From positions 101,000,001-101,064,000 of the forward strand of contig CM052817.1 in the NCBI GenBank assembly GCA_028534125.1: a DNA stretch of 64,000 nt. Direction: 5' to 3'. Origin of the DNA: Lama glama (taxonomy: Eukaryota). Below are positions 53,860 through 64,000 of this stretch, in pieces. The first letter of the stretch is position 1; each line of letters opens with the position of its first letter. The notes below the pieces were generated by a model. The model was not told the origin of the DNA. It did not search any database and saw nothing but the letters and a program-made list of their open reading frames with translations. Position numbers and translations under genes: made by a program.

Positions 53860-54770
53860 AACCTAGAGATATTGGCAAACAGAAAAATTACCATTTTGCA
53901 GTCCCTGCTTAAATATTGATTCACATAGGGATCTCCAGTGGATGCTAAAGTCATTAGTGATTGTAAGAAAACAGATTATGTCCATAATACAAAGTATTAC
54001 CCCACAGATGACTCAGTGTGAACGAGAAGGTGCCATTCATCAGAGTTTTGGGCTCACCATCTAACTCGAGTGATCAAAGTTAGCATCGCTAATAACCTGA
54101 CAGTCATGTACCTCCAGAAATGATGCAGTAGAAGTTACGCAACATCACTCGTGAGATATTCCTGCTGGGAAGATTGTTATCAGGCCTTTTGCTTTAAATT
54201 CCAGTGAACAGAAAATACCGGGGCGGGCAGGTAAAGAACAAATTAAATGAAAACATGAGGAATTAATTGGACAAACCCAGACTCTTGGACAGTCTGCAAG
54301 ATAATTGGTGTGGTTTCTTCAAAAAGTCACAAAAGAAAAAAAAAATTTTAGAAATTTGTTATAAAATAAAAGAGACTTTATAATTCAAAAAATAGCTGTA
54401 TAAAACATTTGGGAAACAACTGAGTAATTTGTGTATTTGATACAAGTAGGGGCTTCTCGTTAATTTTTTTAGGTGTGATTGTGGTGTTGTAGAGGAATAG
54501 CCTAGGAGATGCATGCGTAAAAAATATTTAAAAGTAAAGTGGTGTGATGTCTGCAGTTTACTTTTAAATGGTTCAGCAAAAATATATACATTCATATATT
54601 TGCTCACATGTTTGGAGAGAAAGCTGGGGGCAAGAGAAAAGGAAGGAGAGAGAGGGATCTTCAGGTAATCATGGCCCTATGTTAGCAATTCAAATAGGTA
54701 GTGGATGCGTGGGGTTTCATTGTGCAAGTCTTTTAACTTTTCCTTTTTTGAAATTTTTCATAATAAAAAT
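53860..54770 (+). mobile_element. Old L1M (MC/ME-type) 3' region fragment
   Basis: aaaattaccattttgca...tgatcaaagttagcatc...gatgtctgcagtttacttttaaatggttcagcaaaa...gaaatttttcataataaaa. Confidence 0.6.
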
Positions 54771-56951
54771 GAGAAAGGAAATAACTAGGATATTTGGTCC
54801 AGAAATGCAGGTAGGATCCTGCTGTCTTCCCTCTTGCCCAGGGTGGCAATCAGGGACTTCTTTTGTTTATGGTGACATCACCTGCTGCAGCCCTGCAGCT
54901 ATCAGAACCCCTCCACCAGCATGTGAGAGAATCTGCTTTGCACTTGGAAGCACAGAAATTCAAGAAAGTGTAAAGTTGAACAGTTTTCTGTTTGTCAGTG
55001 AAGATCAGAGAAACAGGACATTTGAAGAAGCAGAAATAGTTTAGGATATGAGACCAGTTAGAAAAAGTCATGTAGGAAAACATGCATCCACTAAGCTAGA
55101 TTTTACTTTCTCCTTTTTCTCCTCAACTTTCTAAATGGCTATTTGAAACTATACAGGAAGTTAAAACCCCAAATAAAACTCTAACTTTATGTTAGCGTAC
55201 TACCAGTTATTCTTGTCTCAATTTTTTCTCCTTTTCCTTTAGTCATATATAAGCATACATGCTACTCTGTACTACTTTCTAGATTTCTTAAAACTTAGCT
55301 GCTTATAGCTTCACTTACTATAACAACTTAGACTGTTTAAAATAAGTTATATTTGTACACTGGTAATTTTTAATAACTTATTTTCAATCTGAAAAGATAT
55401 TTTAAGAACTGGACAAATTGTCCCTAATTCACACTTGCAAAATTGATAAAATAACTTAACTCTTTAAAGAACTCCCCAAATAAATAATGGATGTTTACAT
55501 TGTTCTCCAAGTCTCTATTTCCAGTTCCCTCACCCCTACCTTCGGTCAGAACAAGGAAAATCCTGTGGATTAAAATTTTCCAACTAGTTTACATCAGTCA
55601 TAGAAGCAGGGGGGGAAAAAAAAAAGCCCAGATGATGTTTTGAGAATTGAGTTTTTACCATGGCAACGGTTACTATATAATCACTGGTAATACTAGGTGA
55701 GTTGGAAAAAAAACAAATCTGTGTAGGTTTGAAAGGTCATGAGTATTTGCTGAACACACCGGTCAACATACCTTTCTTCACTTGACTCCACTAACACCCT
55801 CAAGAGGGTCAGAGAGTCCCTGAAGTGGCTCCAGCAATTCCTCCTTGGGCTGGTGTTGGCCACCAGAGAAGGCCTGGCTTTTAATTTGTCATTTAGATTT
55901 TCCCCATGGTATGTATGGCCTTTTGGGGAAAAAAAAAAAAAAAACAGTCTGTCTTCGGATTCTCTAAACTTTGAAACAGCTCACTACATTGTCTTTGTGA
56001 AGTTCAGCATTTTCCTCCCATTAAGCCAACCATAAAAGAAGAGAAATCAGAAATTGCACACCAAGAGCTTTAAGTCTAATGATAAAACTTTTATATATGT
56101 ATATGGAAGACCTTGCCTAAACTCACAAGGGAAAGCAAGATATTAAAGCTTTACAGCAGGCTCTGGTCCTAACTTGCCTCTTTGTCCTTAAAAAAAAAAA
56201 AGAAAAAAGTGACATAATAAGAGTCTGTTGTTCCGTCTTCGGGTTTTCAAGCTTTGGAGCCCCTATTTATGCTCAAGGCTAGAGCAGTGAAAACAAGCCT
56301 TTTTCCCCAAGACACAGTAGCTTCAGTCCTAGCCACCCCCAACTTCCTTGCCAGTGACCTTGACACTGACCTTGACCTCTTCGAGGAAGAACTCTGCCTG
56401 TTTAGTCCGTTTAGCTCACTTTTATGTGAATTTCTGTTCCCAAGTGGTGAGCTGGGCCCGCCCAACTCATTAGGAAAAATTTCCTTCATGAATTGACTTA
56501 ATTTCTAGTGTGCTGACTTTTTGTTATTATAATATCTTATTTCCTCGCAGTAGCCTCTTTGGAATCTTGTGCACCTCGCCTGCGGGAGCAGTTTGCCTGA
56601 GCAGAGTCTCTCCAAGGGTGGGCTTGTTTCTCCTCGTTTGAAATCAGGAATCCCTGTCTCTTTGGTGCAGCCCTAAAGAAGAGGATCCAAGCTGCATACT
56701 TCGATTCTCAATCCTCTGTATCAAATTTCAGAAGGAAGAACTCAGTTCCAATCACTCTTCTTCCCAAGCCGTGTCCAAGCTGGAGGTGTTTTCAGTCCAG
56801 CGCCGGGCGGCGTGGCTCTGGTTTGAACAGCAGTATGTCTTCTGAAATGGTTCATGTGACTGGCCTGTGCATGCCTGCATTTCTTCAGCATTTATGTGTA
56901 CACTTTTTCTGCCTTTTAATGTTTTTTTAATCATTAAGATTGTCTTAAAAC

Positions 56952-57130
56952 GGGAGGGCAGGGGATAGCTCAGTGGTAGAGTGTGTGCCTAGCATGCATG
57001 AGGCCCTGGATTCAATCCCTAATACCTCTATTTAAATAAATGGATAAATAAATAAACAAATAAGTAACCTAATCTCCACCCCAAAATAAAATAAAATAAA
57101 ATAAATTTTTTTATTTTAATTAAAAAAAAT
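56952..57130 (+). mobile_element. tRNA-derived SINE (Vic-1-like, camelid)
   Basis: gatagctcagtggtagagtg (A box)...ggattcaatccc (B box), AAAT tail with aacctaat...cccc motif. Confidence 0.85.
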
Positions 57131-58567
57131 TTTTTAACCATAAAATATTTTCTTTGTGCACTTTTATATCCTACCTCAAAGAGCTGGAGTCTCCTCTGGT
57201 GAATTCCCTGCTGGATTATAGATGCCTCCTGAGGACAGAACTGTTCTGAATATTTGTGTAGCCCTCCCTGGGCCTTGCACACCAAAGGCATTCAGTTCTG
57301 TCAATGACGATGATTTTAAAAATAACAATAATGGTTGAATTTCCTGGAGCCGTGCAAATCCTGGGAATGCATGGTGTGGGGAATACATGCTATTAGTGGT
57401 TGAACACAGAAGCAGGCAGCCTTCAGCTCCAAATTGGAATGTTTTGTGCAAACGTGTGTGTTGGGTGCAGAAGGGTGATTTTACCCTCCTACCATGGATG
57501 CTCCGTCCATGGAAACAGTTCTATCCATGTGGTCAAATTAAAACTCACATAAATCAAATCTCATATTATAGTCTTATTTCTTTGTAGGCTTTGAATCTTA
57601 ACACTTTTCCCCCCAATACCAGTCAGTCCAACAGAATGTTTGATTCCTTTTTACCAAGTAGCACTAGAGTATTTGGACAAAGAGGCAGAATTTGTCTGTA
57701 GCTTCTAGGTTTTGAAGGGAGAATTGTTGGCCCGAATATATGACTTAGTTCCCATCTGGAGGTTAACCTGAGCTCTCCGATTTTTGAGAAGGAAAAGAAA
57801 CTAATAACTAGTTGCCTAGCTGCTCACATGTGTGGATTAAACGAGGCATACGAGGACTGGGGTACCTAGAGTTTCAAGGTTCCCCAGGTAAGGCTTAGCA
57901 TCTGCAAAAATGGCTTTTGGGAATTTGAAAACAATTCTAGTAGAAGTCTTTTACTGTGGGTTCGATGATTGTAGCCTAATGCAGAAGCAACCAGCTTACT
58001 CTGACAGGGAAGACACATGCAAACAATGTCATTGGTGGTTATCTCCAGAGCTCTGGCCAAAGTAGAGTAGCATGTGACATGTGTTAACAATCTGGATGCT
58101 AATAAAAATTAGGGGGTGAGTCATTATCTGCCTGGCTCCCCTGCTCCCATTATGCCCCTGTTCCCCCCAATTAGCCCCTCTGATTTCTTTATGGTGCCTC
58201 AGCCCAGCCTGTCACACAGGACAAAGGTCATTGAACCATCAAGTGACTTCTGTAGACTCTGTACCATGGGCATGGGATCACAAGGGCCCCCTTTTTTATG
58301 AGCTCCTGTGCAGTGGAGCTGCCAGGAAAATTCCTTCCTCTGACCTCCCTCTCCGCCCCAGGAGACAAGGTTTAACCTGATTCTGCCCAGCAGGCAAGCA
58401 GGACTCTTGGATATTAGTCTCCTTATTGAGATCAACCATGAAGAGGGCACGCTTATAAAGGGAAAAAATGCAAAACTAGAAAATACGTTCCAATCTTTGA
58501 TAATGGGGAGGAGGAAGAGGGAAATGAGCTGTGGGAACATTTAGCATTTTCTGTGCTTTTCTGGAGC

Positions 58568-58690
58568 AGGGAGAGTATAGCTCAGTGGCAGAGTGCATGT
58601 TTAGCACACAGGAGGTCCCAGTTTCAATCCCCAGTACCTCCATTAAATAAATAAATAAATAAACCTGATTACTTCCCCCTAAAAAGGAAA
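58568..58690 (+). mobile_element. tRNA-derived SINE (Vic-1-like, camelid)
   Basis: gtatagctcagtggcagagtgcatg...ttcaatccccagtacctcc, (AAAT)n, aacctgattacttcccc. Confidence 0.85.
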
Positions 58691-59918
58691 TTACAAGTCT
58701 GATGTATCTCTGTGACCTCAAATATTAAAGTAAATAAGAACCCACAGTGAGAGTGTATTCAGTTTCCCTGGGAAGAGAAATTACCTTTTTGTTGTTGTTG
58801 TTGAAGCTATTGCCAACAGTAAAAAAAAAAAGAAAAAAGAAAAAAAATTCCACTGTGCAGTGTAAATTCAAGTCCTGTGTTTAACTGTGTGTTTGCCTCC
58901 AGCATCCCCTGCCCCCCTGCCTCATACAAACCAGACACCTGGAGCAACACTCCCCATCAATTATCCCACAGAAAGCACAACACAGTTCAAAAGTCAAAAA
59001 TTCAGAAATCCATCCATCTGTGCCTTCAACAGAGGGATGCAGTGGGCAGTGAGTCCAGAGTTTTTTTTAGAAAACCAAACAAGAAAAATGAAAAATAAAG
59101 TCATTCGCTCTTTTCCCTAGCCTCATCCTGAGAAATCACCACCAACAGAGAAATACTTTGTGTAGGTCAACTTTGCTCTTATTTTATGAAATGACATACA
59201 ATTTAACTCACAAAAGTTGATCAGAGGCACAAAAACACTAGATAAAACAAACTTAGAAATGTGAGGGGAAATTTTTTCATCCATTTAAAACTACAAATGA
59301 CTGAATGTGTAGCAGCACCACACAGATTAAATCCAGAAGCCTCTTGGGTCAGGAGGAAACTGGCAAGTTAGAGTAAAGTGTTTCAAGGCTCCCCAGATAA
59401 GCCAGCAAGCTAGGATTAAAGTGTTTCAAGGTTCCCCAGGGAAGTCCCAGGTTCCACCCCAATGCACCCTCTTCAGTTTTAGCCTGGTCAGCCCACTGAT
59501 GATACATAATGTGACCTAATGTTGATGCTGAGTGTTTTGATAGGGGTCCTCTTTGTGGCCAAGGTTGGTCAAACCCTGAACCATGGTATTCCCACCGGAA
59601 AGCTCACTCTCTTCACTTTCTCCAAAAATGCTCCTTTTTCATTATTTTTATAAATCTGGCTTGAGGAATATTAAGATACTAATTGCTGTGGACTGGCTTT
59701 ATTCTTCGCTATCATATCCAGAGTATTTACCTTCTGATTAAAATGGAAGCTTAGTGCAGAGGGATTGTTTATAACTGGTCCATTAGACTTAAGTACAGAC
59801 TCAGTTTCCAAGGGGAGTAAAAACAGCTTTATAATTTGCTAAGTCACCAGCATGTCCTTTCTCCCACCTTCATATGCCCTACCAAGTCTTGCACCGGACA
59901 TGCACATAGTATTTCCCC

Positions 59919-59922
<4 letters not shown>

Positions 59923-59968
<46 letters not shown>
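59923..59968. repeat. (AC)23 microsatellite
   Basis: Direct reading. Confidence 0.95.
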
Positions 59969-59969
<1 letters not shown>

Positions 59970-60407
59970 ATCGCATCTCAATATTGTTTGCTCGTTGGGT
60001 TTCTGTTTGTGGACAGCTTCTACTGTGTGTGTTACGGTTTCAAATTACTGTTTGCCTTTCTAACTTCTTAGAAGGTAAACAACTTGGAAGCAGTTGGAAC
60101 CCGTAGCAGAAGAAATTGGCATCTGACATATACTCTTTAATTCCTTTTAGTGAAACTCACGGACTTGTTTTTGATGATGGATAATGGAGAAAAGTGATAC
60201 GCTTTCATGTTACATTTTAAAGCTCTTTTTCTCCTCAAAAATTGAATGTCATAACAGCCAGATGTTACGTTTATAATTAATACCAACCAGGTTTCTAAGC
60301 ACTGTACCAACTGTAAGCTAAGAAAAAGCCCAGCTAAAGGTTTTCTGGGTGAAAACTCAGTGGTACAGACACCTTTTCTCTTACTTTAGTCTCCTCTTCC
60401 ATCCCTG

Positions 60408-60410
<3 letters not shown>

Positions 60411-60448
<38 letters not shown>
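60411..60448. repeat. (AC)19 microsatellite
   Basis: Direct reading. Confidence 0.95.
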
Positions 60449-60450
<2 letters not shown>

Positions 60451-62774
60451 CTTAAAAAGGAGAAAATGGACCATTTGCTCTAAAAAAAACAGACAGATGG
60501 GGACAAGGGTCATGGGGACCAGGGTCATAATTACTTCAGTCCTATACATTGGGCAAGGATTGTCTGTAATCCTTCCTACCCTCAAACAAACCAGGCACTG
60601 TTACTGACAAACTACCTGTATTTATTTCCAGCAAAGGAAATGCCGTAACTGCCTCCACAGATATCAGCACCGCATGTGGAAACATTTTCTATTTCAAACT
60701 TTCAAAAATCACTACTTAGCATCCAGACACAAAGTGTCTACCTCTTAACAATCAGAACCTAGTCATTATTTACTATATTTAAAGGCCAATTACTATTTAA
60801 ATTTTTTAGCCTACAAAAATAAAGCATTGTTTTCTCAGCTCAAAGCTGTTTGAAAAATTCTAGTAATGCAGTCAGCATTTGGCCAATAAGATACTGGCTG
60901 CAAATCTGCACTCACAGTGATGGTAAAAATTCTACTGATTTTATTTGTTTTACACTTTCCACCCTCTGAAGGAAACAAGGCCTAGCAATTTCTCTTTGAA
61001 ATGGCTGGTGCTGGAAGGGTTTTTGAGTCTTTGCATTTGTCTGCAAGTTTGTTCAACTACAGAGTTGGTAGCATTTGTTTGTTTCTTTTGCAGTTTCCAG
61101 TTTTAAGAGCAAAGACATAGCCTATAATCTACTGAACAGCTGATCTCATCAGATATCTGTTTTAAGAAGAGTAAAAATTAAATAAAGTTCAGTCTGTATC
61201 AGAAAGAGAGGAGAGGTTTAAAAATCAGTGTGATGCCTCAACCCTTTGCCCGAGGGGACTCATTTCTATGTGTCCATTCTGGCCCCATGGCTCCAAGAAG
61301 TCAGCTGATGGATTAGACTTACTCCTTGAGCAAACAAGCATTTTTTAGAGCTGTAAGGTATTCTTTAGAATGGATCCTGACTTTTGCTTCATTTTAGTTG
61401 GAAGGTTTTGTCTAGTGGCTCCTAATGACAGATTCAAGTCTGATGGCAGAGAAAATGAAAACCTCTCAGGGCTGAGGAGGAGAAGATAGAAGAAAGAAAA
61501 TGAACTGGGTAATGGAAATGCAGCAATCCGGAAGGGACAGCCTGGGAGAGGGGAGGGAAAGCTGCAAACAGAATTCTATAGTAGGGCTTAGAGCTGGCAC
61601 CTGGGACGCCACTCTAAGCACCTACCATGCATCCTGAGAGGTCTGGCCACACTGCCCACTTCTTAAGAGCCTGGCAGTGGCAGCAGCAGTGAACTCCAAG
61701 CCACAAATTCCAGGGGCTGCTTGGACTTTGGGCAGCCTGGCTCCAGGCATCTTTCCAGCCTTCCTTGCAGATAGAGGGGCAGGCACATTTCTGGGATACA
61801 ACTGAATGGCAGATCTTAACTCCCAAGCACAAACTTAGCTGAGATGAAGGCGTGGCTAACAATTAATAAATGAAGAATAAATTATCCGCTAGATTGGCAG
61901 TCTCAGATCCAATCCATTGGGAAATTAACTGTATTTGAGAGTTGCACTCTGCTCTATTCAAGTATTTTTGCCACCTAATATGCACAACACAGAAAATAAG
62001 AGTCAAAATGAGCGCATCACATTCCAGGGCAGCACACAATGCTGCTTGAGCAAAATGGGATGCTTCAGATTGTGGGAGCAAGGTGGAGGCGGGGTGCTAC
62101 CCAAGTGTCAGACTGAAGACTGCCGCCTCTTCCCTGGAGGCAATTATGTGGACCTATATGGAGGTTTGGAACAGGTAAGTAACATGATGCCATCAGATTT
62201 TAAAAGCACTGACCTGACAGCAGAGTCAGGAGAAGAGAAGAGAGGCAGAAGGAATGCTCAGGCAGTGGGAAGGCAGGAGTCCAGTTTAACTTGTCTAAGC
62301 TGGAAAAGACGGAAAGTGGGGTTTTTAAGATGGTTGTGAGAAGCAAGTATGATGCCTGATACGTAGCAAAAAAAATCTTGGTTTCCCCTTCCTCTGATCG
62401 GGGCTACTGTAGTGGCTGTGGACATAAAGCACAGATGGAAGAGATCTTACTTGGGAAAGAGCAACAATTGGCCATAATTAGATGTAAGGAATTTAAAACA
62501 GAAAAAGAACCCAGAGGAAAGCTGGGATTTTGAATTTTAAAAATCAGGTCTTAAGAAAGGGGTGCGGGCAGGAAGAATACTAGTTTTGAGAGACAGCTGA
62601 GTTGACTTTTTGACAATTAACTTGGACTTGAGCTTTGACAGGGGCAGTATGGATTCAAGAATGTCTGATATAGAGGTGAAGTTGGAAGTGGGTTTACCTT
62701 GGAGCTCAAGTTCTCATGCCCCTCGCTTTTCCCAGATACTTCCAAGGACATATCGCTGATGTTGTGTTTGTAAG

Positions 62775-62917
62775 ATTTGTTTTGTTTTTGTTTTTGTTTT
62801 TTTGGGAGGGGTAATTAGGTTTTATTTAATTTTTTTTTTAAATTGAGGGACTGGAGATTGAACCCAGGACCTCCTGCATGATAAACACACACTCTACCAT
62901 TGAGCTATACCCTCCCC
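62775..62917 (-). mobile_element. tRNA-derived SINE (Vic-1-like, camelid) with 12-bp TSD
   Basis: Reverse complement ggggagggtatagctcaatggtagagtg...gggttcaatctccag; exact TSD tgtgtttgtaag at 62763-62774 and 62918-62929. Confidence 0.9.
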
Positions 62918-63964
62918 TGTGTTTGTAAGTTTTTATTGTTTTTCTTTTAAAATCTCCCTCATGAGTTATATAAGCAAATTCTGGACCCCTCCAGGTTGAA
63001 GTCGGAAGGCAGTTCCCATGGGATAATGGGAAAGAAAGAGTTGGAAAGATTCAATCACTGTCCTCAAAGGAATAAGGGCCAGCAGAGGATGCTGGAGAGG
63101 CAGAAAGAAGCCGATGGCCAGGATGCTGTGGAAAGATCAAAGGGCCCAGGGGCTGAGGATGGGTCACTGGACTTGACCCTTCAAAAAAGTAACTGGTTTG
63201 AGAGTGCACACTCACTACCCGATGGGGAGGCCCAGGTTGGAGGGGGGCTGGAAGAGCAGGAAGTGTGCAGTGGGTATCGACTCCTCATCTGGCCAGGGTG
63301 ACAGAAAATGCGAGGGCGCCATTAGCTCCTCACTTTCCATGTTCTTTGATCTGACCTTTGCCTGTACGGTCACTATTCCTTTGGGGTCAATGTCAACTTC
63401 CCAAGCAGAGGGCCTTCTCTTTTATTACCCTTCCCACTTCGTGAGATTTTCTGTGGTCTAACTTGGATCTACTTCCTTCATGTTTTGTTTTAAGCCTGGT
63501 TCACGGCTAAGAAATGGGCTACTGATGGGCACGATTTTGTTTTTTGTTTTTTCATTTGTTTGCGGTTTTTACCCTAATCGCTTCTCTTTCTTCTATCCCT
63601 GTGGAGATTGGGAATTCTAACCTGGGAGTTCAGGGGCTGAGGACCAGGGTGGGGAGAGGGGAAGTCATCAGACACCAGAAGCTGGCAAAGCCCTGGTCTG
63701 TTATCTGGGATCACAGAGCCAAAGGTAGCTATGACTTCATCCCCGCAGAGGGCGCCTCCCTCCCCCTGCAGCTGACTTCCGACCAGCCGGTTTGCCTGGG
63801 ATAGGTTTTCTTTCATTACTCGTTTCTCACTGCCTAGCGTCACAAGTCACTTTGGAAAAAAAGATGCGATTAAACCATTCCCCCGTTTCCTCTTTTGAGG
63901 AGCCTTTCCCAGACAGCGTCTGTTCAAGCGATCAGGCCTATAGTGGACTTTTTCTTCTCTTTTC

Positions 63965-64000
63965 TCTCCTCTCCTCTCCTCTCCTCTCCTCTCCTCTCCT
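63965..64000. repeat. (CTCCT)n pentanucleotide repeat, runs off the window end
   Basis: Direct reading. Confidence 0.9.

Noticed and set aside
54568..55044. 158-aa + strand ORF
   Set aside because: Begins inside an old L1 3' fragment and has no recognisable homology.
55674..55680. TATATAA as a TATA box
   Set aside because: It would put the start site beyond the adjacent splice donor, and it overlaps the second X-box-like motif; not supportable on its own.
56247..56496. Overlapping antiparallel 80-aa ORFs, one with an RS-like stretch (SSSSKRSRSVSRS)
   Set aside because: No recognisable protein family. The RS run is just the translation of the TGACCTTGA repeats, and the flanks show no continuing frame, poly(A) tail or TSD as expected for a processed pseudogene.
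56952..57030. tRNA-Ala-like sequence (also at 44.3, 58.6 and 62.9 kb)
   Set aside because: Diverged stems, AT-rich SINE tails and TSDs show these are SINE heads, not tRNA genes.
59374..59440. Direct repeats with a spacer, superficially CRISPR-like
   Set aside because: Only two adjacent units, in a mammalian genome with no cas genes; kept only as a short dispersed repeat.
62171..62180. Perfect donor CAG|GTAAGT
   Set aside because: Lies in purine-rich, probably L2-derived sequence, and I found no convincing matching acceptor or promoter upstream.

Overview
AT-rich, CpG-depleted mammalian genomic DNA, probably camelid, as judged from four copies of a tRNA-Ala-like SINE resembling Vic-1. The + strand carries the last six coding exons of ARFIP1 (arfaptin-1): 2044-2139 (96-nt cassette exon), 3694-3806, 8142-8363, 15265-15422, 22460-22634 and 49612-49767 (stop). 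All have GT-AG boundaries with compatible phases. A 3'UTR of about 1.7 kb follows, with an ATTAAA signal at 51451. The introns are full of transposon fossils: L1, L2, MIR, hAT/Tigger MITEs, MLT/MER21 LTRs, a decayed piggyBac (Looper-like) transposase split by an MLT2 LTR, an ERV-L fragment with its dUTPase remnant, and a MER41-like LTR with an intact GAS motif. I found no new protein-coding system. The best lead is the intergenic stretch at about 55.6-60.5 kb. It has an RFX X-box followed by a consensus splice donor, a well-formed downstream acceptor, and clusters of nuclear-receptor and EBF-type motifs. This may be an unannotated spliced transcript or alternative promoter pointing toward the next gene (FHDC1 by recalled human synteny; not visible here). 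Repeat family names and boundaries were recognised by eye and are approximate.
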